DNA of 60,837 nt, the filler included, from Stramenopiles sp. TOSAG23-6 (lineage: Eukaryota): NCBI GenBank assembly GCA_900128565.1. It is 3 parts of 3 records of this genome, joined end to end, with 100 filler letters (N's around TTAATTAATTAA, not from the genome) between each part and the next. Parts side by side here need not be neighbours in the genome. Positions count along the whole stretch, not along the records: positions 1 to 20,485 come from LT636037.1; positions 20,586 to 40,775 come from LT636040.1; 1 more part is not named here. One strand, written 5' to 3'. This document shows, piece after piece, positions 14,601 to 24,823 of the stretch. The position numbers and the translations under genes were made by a program. The notes beneath the pieces are model-generated. The model was not told the origin of the DNA, did no database searches, and saw nothing but the letters and a program-made list of their open reading frames with translations. Numbering within the stretch: the stretch's first letter is position 1; every line of letters begins with the position of its first letter.

Positions 14601-17567
14601 CATATGCTTTCCAGTCACCAAGGCCTGTACTTACCTTGAGTTTTTTATTCGTTTCTCGAATCAGAAAGTGTATCCTTTTCCCCCCTTTGCGAATGAATCC
14701 ATATCGTTGTAATAAATACACATCATATTCGTCATTAAACTCTGTGACAGTTGCTGGTTTATTGCCATGTTGAAAAAGAGGTTCTAATGACCACTCATCT
14801 AATATTTCTTGTGTCAGTCTCAAATTAGTTTTCATTTTGTGAACAACGTCATTGCACTCAGATGTTTGATCCATACTTTGTGAGATAAAGTCATCTATAG
14901 CAGCACTCTTCCAATTTAAAGTCACTAGACCGGCTTCTAATTCCCGATCTACCTTTGAAAGTGCTGCTGCAACAAGGGGTCTCTCTACTGGGAGCAATGT
15001 CTTCTGCATCATATTATACATGTTAGCAACAAGTTGCAAATTACTAGTTTGTCGGCGAAATATTTCGGCTTTTTGGTGTATTTGCATGGCAGCAGATGGT
15101 ACGCTAAGTCCTAGTAAGAGAAAATACTTAATTTCACGAAGTATTTCAACTAAAGCAGGATCAAAGTTTACAAACAAATTTTTCAAATTGCGTTTAACCC
15201 CGTTCCCCCCGTGGCCATATATGGAATCAGTATCTACGTCATCATCGTCACAAACATAATCTCCCCATCTAAGAAGAGTATTTTTCAACATTTTCTGTGA
15301 AGACGATGCTACATTTGTGCCCCAATTTGCAAGACATTTATTCTCAAACTCTGATATGGAAGCAACTAAATTAGAATACAACTTCACAAGATTTAGCGCT
15401 TCATCTCGATCTAAAAGCTTCCCTCGCAATTGCCGTAATTGTGTCATAGGTCGCTCTATTCTATTTAACAATCCTTTTGACCATGCAAGTGCCCCAGCAA
15501 TCGGTGGATAATTATTTTCCACTGGAGGGGAGAGACGTTTATCAAAGAAGATTGTATTAACTAAACGCAAATCTGCATGGTATGAGTTAAGTAGCTCAAT
15601 ATAATTTGTCTCCATTTCTGTTTCAATTACAGGTCGACTCAAAAGCATAGAAAAACATTGCAACAGTTTAAACTTACTCATAATTGTATTTGTATCTTCG
15701 AACGACTTAGTCAACACACAACCAAGACGTTGCTCTAACTCCTTTACAGTCGTGCGGAATATGTAGAATGTATCATCGAAGGAACCACCATCAACATTAA
15801 GTAAGTCGGACGAAGCGACAGCTGAACTTGATTGCTCTCCAGATTTTGTACTATTTATTTCTGATTGATTATCATTATTCGCTTGTTCAGAATCATTTGT
15901 GTTACGTCCGAAGAAAGCAGATACACTTGATTGGAAATCGAGGTATATTTGATGAACTGATGTGGATAAAGTGTTTCCTCTAGAACCACCAATTTGAATC
16001 TCAGCCAATTCACTAAATTGAGCAACCGCCTGTACCAAATCTAGGACGTCATGGCATCTTTCCAAGAAGTCATCAAGACGCGTGAATAAAGCAGAATTGT
16101 TCATGATCCATGGATTCCGTGGACATTCGACCATTGATCGCGCCTTATAAGCAAAATAATCCGATTTAAATGTTCCGCAAATTTTGATTGTTTTTTTAAT
16201 ATCATCAATAGCTTTATGTTCCATTCGATTCTCTAACATATCAAATAGATTTGTGACATCTAGGAATATAGTAGCTTTTTCAATAATCATGTTACATATT
16301 TGTTTCACTATGACAACCATACGAGGAGGAGTATTGTAACATCGTGAATTCTTCCATATTAAAAGTAAAACGTGAACAACAGGTCTAAAATATGATGATA
16401 ACTCAGAAAAGTTGGATGTTTCCATTATACTAAACCATTTCTTTAGTGGTGACAAAAATCTAGCATTATCATTTGCTTCGGCACGAGATTTAAACACAGA
16501 CTTACAAAGTTTGGCAAATGATGAGTTGTAAGTACTCTTTGCATCATCCATGAAACGTAGAACTTTACGTATTCGGCTACTTTGTAACTGAACAAATATG
16601 GAATTTAAGTTTACAGCTTTATCTCGCCAAAAGTATAATTCAGTGAGTGGGCCAGGATGTGGATTATCTAAATCATTAAATGCATCTTCAGGATCTAAAG
16701 AAACATGTATTGCGGATATATATATAGATTTATATAAACGTTAGGTACGGAATTTGCTGCAAAAAGAATAAATTTGAAATATATGATGAAAACGTACAAC
16801 AATTTGCATTAATTTTGTCCATCGAATGACACATCCTTCAACTAAGTGTAGCATTTCTTTTTTGTCCATTCCCTTCAATTTTTTCGGAGGTTCTTTTGAT
16901 AGTAAAAATCCTGAGTTAGATATGTTTTCATTATATGTATTAGAATTGGTTGAATTTTTATGAGATGGACTTGATTTATTTTGATCCATGTCATTCTTTT
17001 TTTGTATGTAGTTCTAGCTGTCACATCTCCTTGTACAGCATCTAGTTGCGGTGGAAGTGGAAGACGAGTTTCCCCCAAAGTTCGACCAACAGTGACTTGT
17101 AAATCACCAGCAAACTTATGTGTATCTTCCATTACATTTTTGGCAATCATACTTGACCATTCTTCTTGATTTGCGGTGTTTTGTAGTAAAGGTACGAAAA
17201 TTTCTTGAACTTGTAAATCTAAGAATTGAAGTGTGTCCATGTTTTGAACGTCTCCATATAATACGAAGTTCTCCATATCCTTTAGCGTCGATACTTCTTC
17301 ACCCAAAATTTTATAGAATAACATAACTTTACCTCTGAAAAATGTACTTACTGTATCAATGACCTTTAGGTGACCTTTGCCGTCATAATCCACAATTTGG
17401 ATAAAACGCTGCTCTGCGTCGTCTAAGAAAGATGTCATGCGGGACTGAAAAGAATCGTTCTTTATAAAAGAAATGAATTTTTCATCGCGCATATACTTGA
17501 AAGTGTGCCGCATACGCATCGCCATCCAAGCAACTCTTTCATCTCCAGGATAATCTGGAAATGACAT
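2674..17567 (-). CDS. Axonemal dynein heavy chain, outer-arm beta-like; segments 17567-~16998 (frame break), ~16997-16798, 16704-2674
   Basis: P-loops GPAGTGKT, GPPGSGKT, GVSGTGKT, GVGGSGKQ; RLVITPLTDRCY, WGCFDEFNRI, coiled-coil stalk. The N-terminal tail VIRWTK..DPE..PGPLTELYFW is restored by removing 16705-16797. Confidence 0.95.
16705..16797 (-). mobile_element. Introner-like GT-AT intron, 93 nt (dynein)
   Basis: ATT GTT|GTACGTTTTCATCAT...TTCCGTACCTAAC...GCAATACAT|GTT TCT TTA GAT CCT GAA; the next AG is 10 nt downstream and out of frame. Confidence 0.85.
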
Positions 17568-18358
17568 TTTGGGTGGACTTGCGTTGAGGATATGTGTGAA
17601 AAGGTAAAAGAAACTTATTTTTCGACGGTTGAATGAATTTTGTAACCGTCGTCAGTCATGCACGCGGTAAACGTAAAAGAGTCGATCAAATCTCGAATAT
17701 TTATGAGTCTTGATTCTACGTCGTAAGCTTTGAACAAAACACAAAATACCAAATTCATTTTCAAAAGACAAAAACTACGAGTAATAAAAGATATACTCAT
17801 GTGCTATTTTTCTAAAGAATTATTCTACGCACTCGTGAATCTCAATTTCTATATCTCTGCATACAAAAATATTGGAGTGGAAACAGGATAGGTGAAAATT
17901 GAAGAATTCGCCTCTGATAGATTAATAGAAATACTAGCTAGAACAACAAATCTCTCTAAAGTTTCAGCTACGCTTAGAACAACACATAGAGTAACTACAA
18001 TATATGCTAAGATAAATACATCCATTCATGGAATGAGTGGCTTAAGTGGGCAAGGGAAAATACAAGATGGAGCTTTGGTGAACTCTTTCCATAACTGAAG
18101 CAGCCATGGCGAGACGTATTACAAAACAAAGTCAACGACCCGATGTGTAGCGTATATAGTATACAATTATATATATAAATGTAATAAGCATCGAAGTATC
18201 AAATAAAAATGTTTTGTCGTGTTTCGTTTACAATTTAGATAAGTTAACCTTGGATTGTTAAGAAATATTTGATCTAAAGTTACAGCTTTCGACTATACAA
18301 TATGATGCAAGCAACACAACTGCAATATGAAAAAATCAACACCACCCGCTTTTCCTAT

Positions 18359-18442
18359 ACATTCTTGGCGGAGTGGTCTATCGCGTAACGTTCAGGTCGT
18401 TATCCAGTTCTCTGGGCATGGGTTCGAATCCCATAGAATGCA
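18359..18442 (+). tRNA. tRNA-Leu(CAG)
   Basis: D arm TGGCGGAGTGGTCTATCGCG; anticodon stem TAACG/CGTTA with loop TT-CAG-GT; long variable arm; T arm ATGGG-TTCGAAT-CCCAT; acceptor CATTCT/AGAATG; discriminator A; T runs downstream. Confidence 0.9.
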
Positions 18443-18756
18443 TTTACTTTTCTCAGTTTGTTCGTCTTATTTTTACAAAGTTTTGTGGTGCGTATGCGCG
18501 AGGGTTCGAAGCTCTCGAATAAAATTCATTTAGTTTTTTATATATTTTATTCGAAACTCCCAGGCCACATTAATTTAGTTATATATATATATATTATTCC
18601 TAAAATCCTCTACTATAGAACAAATCATCAATGACGGGGACATAAAACAAAAAAAGGCATCAAATAACATTTTAAATGTAGCATTCAAACAAAAAATATA
18701 TTTTCTGTATAGCATCAAAAATCTTCTTTATATACAAAGTATAATTATAAAATCTA

Positions 18757-20430
18757 TTAACCAAGACATTTATCAATATCCGCAGAAATTTTAGTAGATT
18801 GAGATTTTTTTTCTTCTCTTTGGGAGTAAAAATTATTGAAATCCAACCTAAACGCTAAACTCAGAAGATTTCCTTGGCCAGCAGAAAATTTTACCTCTGT
18901 ACGAAGTGACGTTAGCAGAGCTTGCATTGATGCCAAATATTCTTTAGAAATTGTTTTCAATTGAATTCCTGTAGATTTCACACGCCCACGCAATGATTGT
19001 AAGGCATTCATTGATGCTTCATCTTCTGCATCTGTGGTTCCCCATCCACCCTTCGACTGTTTCATGCGAGATCGTTGACGTGCTCGCATTATATATTGGG
19101 TGGTAGAGCTTACGCTAGTAAACAACTGATCTTCAACAAAACAAAATCGTAGAATTAGAGCAAATATTGTTTCAAAAATTTGTCTAGCTCCATCACCTTG
19201 CGTATTCAGTAATAATCTTGAAATTACCCGATTTAAGTAGATATCATGCGAATCAATGACAACATCTAGATTATCCGCCTCTTCAACTTTCACCATTAGA
19301 TCTCTGCAAGGTCCTTCTAATACCTCATGCATAATATAGGAGTGTAAATTGCTGACAAAATGAATCATTTGAGCCTTGAGCAGTCGGCAACGATGTAATA
19401 CTTTACCAATTGTAATTTGCTTAGTTATACCATCTTCTAAAGCATTCACAGTTTTCATTATCGCTGAGTGACGTTTGAAATTACATGAAAGTCTAAAATC
19501 AACCCTACGTAGCTTCCAGAGCCAATGAAAAATTGTAAGATACCTTGACATACGTATTGTGAAAAAATATTTCAAATAAAAAAACTAAAATTTGTTAGGT
19601 ACAAAATTTCGTACGAAAAAAAACAAATTCGAAATTAAAATGAAAACGTACACAATCTTGAGTAATGACTGTCGATAAAGGAGATGTTATTCGATAATGT
19701 AACGAAAATGTATCCCAACCAGTGTCACCTGGTGAAGGTGTTAAAAGATGGACGTCCAAAAGATCAAGTAATGTGGAGAAATATCTGGTACAGTTTGCAA
19801 TTTGTTAGACACAAAATGTAAAACAAAAAAAATAAAAAAAAATTAGATAAAACCCTAACTCTAATTAATGATAAAAACATACAAGAATATCAGGATCTTC
19901 AAATTGTGCATTAGACGAACGAATTGCAGCTTCAAGTTTAGATCCCAATGTATGCGCATAAAGTTGTGATGCTCTTCTTCTCAAGTCAGTTTCAATTAAA
20001 TCAATCAGACATTGAATAAAATCGCCTTGTCCCATATATTGTGAAAAAATATTTTTTTTTTGTAAAAAAAATTGTTAGGTACAAAATTTACTATGAAAAA
20101 AATTCATAAAGCATAATGAAAACGTACATGAGAAGGTACTTCTTTAATGCTAATATATGGTCTTTTAGTTTATACTGATCAAGAAATACTCTAACGAGTT
20201 TTTTATTGACTTTTTCTGAAGTTCGACAAATTGCATCTCTTAGATAAGGTAATTGATCAAATCCAAAAGTAGATTCTGAATCATTTAAAGAAGTACTATG
20301 AAGATTTTTCACATCTGTAGAATTATTCTCATAAAATATAATTTTTGCATTTTCTTGGAGAAATTTGTCAAGCTCATCGTCATTTTCAGAACACACTCTT
20401 AAAAAGTTTATGCTTTTTCCTAGGGTTAAT
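18757..20430 (-). CDS. TUBGCP3: Gamma-tubulin complex component 3 (GCP3/Spc98), 3' part; exons 20430-20128, 20033-19883, 19765-19652, 19551-18757
   Basis: Spliced translation gives GKSINFLR, ALKKYLLMGQGDFIQ, AIRSSNAQFEDPDILDLLDV, PGDTGWDTFSL, CMSRYLTIFHWLW, MIHFVSNLHSYIMHEVLE, LAFRLDFNNFY. Confidence 0.9.
19552..19651 (-). mobile_element. Introner-like intron ending in GT, 100 nt (GCP3)
   Basis: GAT TGT|GTACGTTTTCAT...TTCGTACGAAATTTTGTACCTAAC...CACAATACGT|ATG TCA AGG TAT. Confidence 0.85.
19766..19882 (-). mobile_element. Introner-like intron ending in TT, 117 nt, diverged (GCP3)
   Basis: ATT CTT|GTATGTTTTTATCAT...TTTTGTGTCTAAC...CCACATTACTT|GAT CTT TTG; the internal CAG 19 nt upstream is out of frame. 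Confidence 0.75.
20034..20127 (-). mobile_element. Introner-like GT-AT intron, 94 nt (GCP3)
   Basis: CTT CTC AT|GTACGTTTTCAT...TTTTGTACCTAAC...CACAATATAT|G GGA CAA GGC GAT restores YLLMGQGDF. Confidence 0.9.
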
Positions 20431-20485
20431 ATGTATTGTAAAAAAAATTAAATTCGAAATTTGTTAGGTACAAAATTTCGTACGA
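20431..20485 (-). mobile_element. Introner-like intron, 3' part (GCP3)
   Basis: TCGTACGAAATTTTGTACCTAAC...ACAATACAT|A TTA ACC CTA GGA AAA AGC ATA AAC; truncated by the contig end. Confidence 0.85.
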
Positions 20486-20585
20486 NNNNNNNNNNNNNNN
20501 NNNNNNNNNNNNNNNNNNNNNNNNNNNNNTTAATTAATTAANNNNNNNNNNNNNNNNNNNNNNNNNNNNNNNNNNNNNNNNNNNN
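20486..20585. other. Artificial contig linker
   Basis: 100 nt: N run, TTAATTAATTAA (stops in all six frames), N run. Confidence 0.97.
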
Positions 20586-20640
20586 TCGTACGAAATTTTG
20601 TACCTAACAAATTTCGAATTTAATTTTTTTTACAATACAT
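20586..20640 (+). mobile_element. Introner-like intron, 3' part (ZW10)
   Basis: TCGTACGAAATTTTGTACCTAAC...ACAATACAT|G TCT CAC; identical to the reverse complement of 20431-20485. Confidence 0.85.
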
Positions 20641-22537
20641 GTCTCACTTTGTTAAACCTATAAAAGTTCGAGATATTTTTTCGGCATTTCGTGTTATTGG
20701 AATGCATTCTGAAGTACTCGAGTATATGGTGTCTGATCTTAGTACAAATCTACTTCAACCTTTGATAGAAAATTCATATTCCCGAAATAATAACCCAAAC
20801 CTTAATTCAATTCAAAGTTCTTGGCAACGTTCACAGGACCAACGTGATTCAATCGTATTTCGTTTAGTACCCGGAAATAATAATGTAAGAAAGGATAATA
20901 ATAATACTAATTGTACTTCAAATGAACAAGGAACTCAATTAGATCATAAAATGTCAAATACTATATCAGTTCCTTTTGACAATCTTTTACAATTATTCAC
21001 ATTTCTGAAAAATGATGTTCTTGGTTCGGATGGTGAAATGGTCACTGCTGTTGGTCAAGGAATTTTTACTGCACTACAACCGTTACTTTTGAAGCGAATG
21101 CGGCATGCACTACCCCAAAGTTCAAGCAATTTAGTTTCAGTTCAAAAGGTTTTAAAGGACCAAACGACAATTTTTCTCTCCAAACTGGCTAAACTAGGTT
21201 TTCTACCTTCATCGATGGACCTAAATACGGATAATAATAATTCCACTACTGCTGAAAATAATACTGCCACTGGTACAAGAAAGAATCATACAAATGATAT
21301 TCAAACTGGGTCTGAACTTTTATTGTTCTGTGAAAACTTTGAAGAACACTTTGCCGATTCTCGTCGTAATTTCTTATTATCAAAAGCGCGTGCTATTATT
21401 TTAGATCAGAGTAAGGTAGGGAAAACTTTATTTGTTTCAGAGAGATCTGATCCAAGCACATTAGCTACTACTACTCATGGTACTACGATGGGAGAATCAC
21501 ATGAAAATAATAATGATCTTAAAAATGCATATGACTTACGTAGTCATGATTGCGATGACACTTCGTTGAGAAATGAAAAGCAAAAAAATATGCCAATTAA
21601 TTGTTTTCGATTGCCTACATGCCTTGTGTCACAGGCTGCTGTGGATATTGTACGCTTAGCTCATTCTACACTCCAGGAAGCTTGTAACGATTGTCCTCCT
21701 TATAGCGCGGGTGTATTATTCCGTGCTGCTCGTGACATGTTCGATATCTTTCGATCATTATGCCCACTACTAATGCAAAGATCAGCCAAACAATTCCATG
21801 AAGGTGGCAGACGAAATTCCCTTCGCCTAGGAGTACTGTTTCATAATGATTGCATGTATTTATCTCATCATACCATGAATATTGGACATAAATATAGGGA
21901 TGGTTTACCCCTGTCCCTTCAATCAATTGCGACGTTTGTGGATCTTGCACCTCCACTTCGAGCGTTAGGTGAAGGAGCTCTGAATGGCCAGTTAAATTTT
22001 TTGGGTTCACAGATTAAACGTGTTGTGACTAATCTGGCGAAAGAACTAGCAACCAATGAAACACAACCTGGATTGAAAAATCGATTATCTATTGAAAACT
22101 TGTCCAAAGAAGCAATACAGATTGTTTCAAACTTTGTGAGTGTTTGCATTAAAAGCTTACCCAATGGCGTTTTTAAACGTTGTGTCAGTATTTTAATCAA
22201 TATGCTTGCAACGTCTATAATTACTATGGTAATAGATTTAGGTATTATTACACCCTCACAGGCAAAAACGATTAGTCTCGTACTTGAGTCTGTAATTAGT
22301 ATGGGGAAAAAGATAGAGACAGAAATAAAAGTATCACTATCTTCTATGAGGTTAACCCAGTGGCAACCTCTCGTAGAGATGTCAGGTGTTGTTGGTGAGC
22401 CATTTAGTAGTGTGCGAGATGCTTGGGAAGAAGGGAGATTGTCGTCCTTGGGTGGTAAACGAACAACGTCACTTATCAGTGCATTGTTTCCGCCATCACA
22501 TGAGTGCCAGAAATTACTTGACTCTATTTCGTATTAA
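20641..22537 (+). CDS. ZW10: ZW10/Dsl1 kinetochore and ER-tethering protein, 3' exon
   Basis: FRLPTCLVSQAA, LFRAARDMFDIFR, LFHNDCMYLSHH, TFVDLAPPLRALG and C-terminal LISALF. The ORF-track ATG at 20639 straddles the intron end. Confidence 0.85.
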
Positions 22538-22772
22538 ATTTCGTATAACCTACTTCTCATAATCAAAATGGTATAGGGAATATATTAAAAAATACAAAAT
22601 AGATAGTATTATTTTATTATTTTGTTAACTTGTGTTTCTTAATATTTTACGTCCTTATGTCTGTTCAAACTTCAAATACATTCATTTTCAAAGAAAAGTC
22701 CCATCGAAAGAGTTTTAAAAAACGGCAAACTTCTTTTTATTTTTTTTTCAAATATTTAATTTTAATAACATT

Positions 22773-24431
22773 TTAACGTCTCAAGTGATGCTCACCTTGT
22801 TCATATAAGGTCTTCAAAACATATGCTTCACCCAACAATTCCTCAATATCATCTATTGTCCAATTATCAGTAGGAATATCTTGAAGAAATGTTAACATTG
22901 ATTGGAACTCTAATTCTAGAAGATGTTTAGACCAACGCTTCAAAAAAGCAGCACAAAGAAATACATGGAATGATCGGAAGCCATTTTCTTCAGAAATGCA
23001 AGCGTCCCAAAGACGTATTATATGTGGCAAAGATAATTCTCGAAGTAAAAGACAATTCATCCAACGAAATGCAAATTGCATGTAATCGATTCCACATTTT
23101 TCAAAATGTGCATTTAACTTTGGGTCAATACGACACATTAGTTCTTTCAATTTGTATACCATTTTTTGTAATCCAGGTTGAGCAAATGTATAGTGATCTT
23201 GTATTCCATCAATTAACTTAGTTAAGCACCAAAATGTATCAGCTTCTACTTCCGTACAACAATCCTTACCTAAACTCTCAACATCACAACATAAAGGATT
23301 TTCAGAATCTTTTAAACGTTGTGCGAGAAATGCTACAATAAATGGAGTAGCCAGATCATTAATACCTTGTACATAACCACTAGCAGGATGTCGCAGTGCC
23401 CATATATATAAAACACGTTCAAGCAAACGGCGAATAATCGGTTGGTGAAATAATGGCACATTTGGTCTAGTTCGAGGCACATCTACTAAAATTTGACGAA
23501 GAATTTGTTGTTCATGTTTTGTTCTTCTTTCTCCGGGTGTTTTGTAATATTTTCGTACAAATTCTGCATATTCTTTTCGTTTTCGATCAATTGTTGCTTC
23601 ACGTCGTCGTCGGTTATATGGAAGGTACCCCAATAACATTTGCCATGACATTGCACGATATTTTTGTGGACAGCCATTCCAAGTTTGTTTTTGAAGTATT
23701 TTTATATCAACATTGTCTGCAGAAAAAAGTTTCTCGAATTTTTCGTATTTGTATTCTTTTTGACTAAAATTTAATTTTTCGCGTTTTGTTTGATCAGCAA
23801 CGTCAGCTGAAATAGCCAAGGCTGTCACACTAGAGCTTGGTGAATCTGATACATCATTTAGAGAACTAGAACGTGGAGTATTACTCACTGAAGTAGCTGG
23901 GCGAATAGATGATTCCGAGGTTGACGCACTTTTCAATATCACTGGTCTTGGAAATGTATCTGGATTTGAATTACTAGGCTCCGCGGCAACCACTCTGACA
24001 CCAGGACTACTACTCTCAGTACCAGTTTTAACAATCTTGGAAGTAGGACTTGCCCCCCTTCTTGGCGGAAACGCTGCACCTCGATACTTAACAACACCTG
24101 GTGTAGCTGTACCTTTACCCCTACCAAATCGAGAAAAGAAACCAGAACCGAGTCGTGTTTTACTAGCACTTCCCTTTCTAGGTATCGTATTCTTTGGTGT
24201 TTGTGAAGGGGACGTTGGCAATTCAAATGGATTATCCATTTTGGATTTTGGTTGTGCTACTGCCGAATCCGACGTTGATGTATTCATCGGTCTTTGTTCA
24301 ATTTCTACGTTTGCTTCTGTTGCAGTCGAAGTATCCATAGCTTTAATGTTTTCCGGTTCATCAACATCACCAATTACAACACTACGAACTCTCTTAAAAG
24401 CATTCATAAAGAAACCATCTCCTTTTGACAT
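22773..24431 (-). CDS. TBC1D22: TBC-domain Rab GTPase-activating protein, TBC1D22/Gyp1 type
   Basis: RQILVDVPRT, RHPASGYVQGINDL, EADTFWC, IQDHYTFAQPG, MQFAFRWMNCLLLRE. Start placed at MSKGD (24431); an upstream ATG at 24464 is possible. Confidence 0.9.
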   Translation of the reverse strand: MSKGDGFFMNAFKRVRSVVIGDVDEPENIKAMDTSTATEANVEIEQRPMNTSTSDSAVAQPKSKMDNPFELPTSPSQTPKNTIPRKGSASKTRLGSGFFSRFGRGKGTATPGVVKYRGAAFPPRRGASPTSKIVKTGTESSSPGVRVVAAEPSNSNPDTFPRPVILKSASTSESSIRPATSVSNTPRSSSLNDVSDSPSSSVTALAISADVADQTKREKLNFSQKEYKYEKFEKLFSADNVDIKILQKQTWNGCPQKYRAMSWQMLLGYLPYNRRRREATIDRKRKEYAEFVRKYYKTPGERRTKHEQQILRQILVDVPRTRPNVPLFHQPIIRRLLERVLYIWALRHPASGYVQGINDLATPFIVAFLAQRLKDSENPLCCDVESLGKDCCTEVEADTFWCLTKLIDGIQDHYTFAQPGLQKMVYKLKELMCRIDPKLNAHFEKCGIDYMQFAFRWMNCLLLRELSLPHIIRLWDACISEENGFRSFHVFLCAAFLKRWSKHLLELEFQSMLTFLQDIPTDNWTIDDIEELLGEAYVLKTLYEQGEHHLRR

Positions 24432-24823
24432 TTCAAAGAATGAACAATAGTAGACTATATACAACCTATAGACGCAATTTTCTTTCTAACCATACCTCGT
24501 TATTTATTTTTATCAACTGTTGCTATACTCTAAGGGGTAACCTCGATTCCGAGTCGATTTTTTTCTTCTTTTTTCCAAACTTCGTCAAACAAACAACAAC
24601 AAAACGCAAAAGATAAAAAAAAAAAGAAAAAAAAAAGACTAACCCTAACCCTAGCGCTAGCTGCCCAATCATCTTCTAAAATTAAAATAAATTGGATGAC
24701 TTGACTTGACTGGCTACTAAATATTTCTGTGTACACCTCCAAAGTTCTACCTTTCTTCCACAATAATCTTAACAAAACAACCTCTTTTATACTTTTCTCC
24801 TCGTGGTGCGCTTCAAGATACCG

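Noticed and set aside
3164-15511. Many plus-strand ORFs opposite dynein, and similar shadow ORFs elsewhere
   Set aside because: Antisense shadows of long coding regions with no recognisable motifs.
17615-18330. Short ORFs or a possible snRNA between dynein and the tRNA
   Set aside because: No recognisable protein motif and no U1, U2, U5 or U6 hallmark found by eye; an Rfam search would be needed.
18757-20430. Fragmented ORFs in GCP3, VPS16, TLC and others as pseudogenes or an alternative genetic code
   Set aside because: Nearly every break coincides with a family insert whose removal restores frame and motifs; intronless genes translate cleanly with TAA, TAG and TGA as stops.
20530-20541. 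TTAATTAATTAA palindrome (also 40820-40831)
   Set aside because: Six-frame stop linker embedded in Ns; not biological.
20431-20640. Perfect 55-bp inverted repeat flanking a gap, resembling one transposon with long TIRs
   Set aside because: The middle is an artificial linker between size-ordered contigs; each arm is the 3' half of an intron in a different gene.
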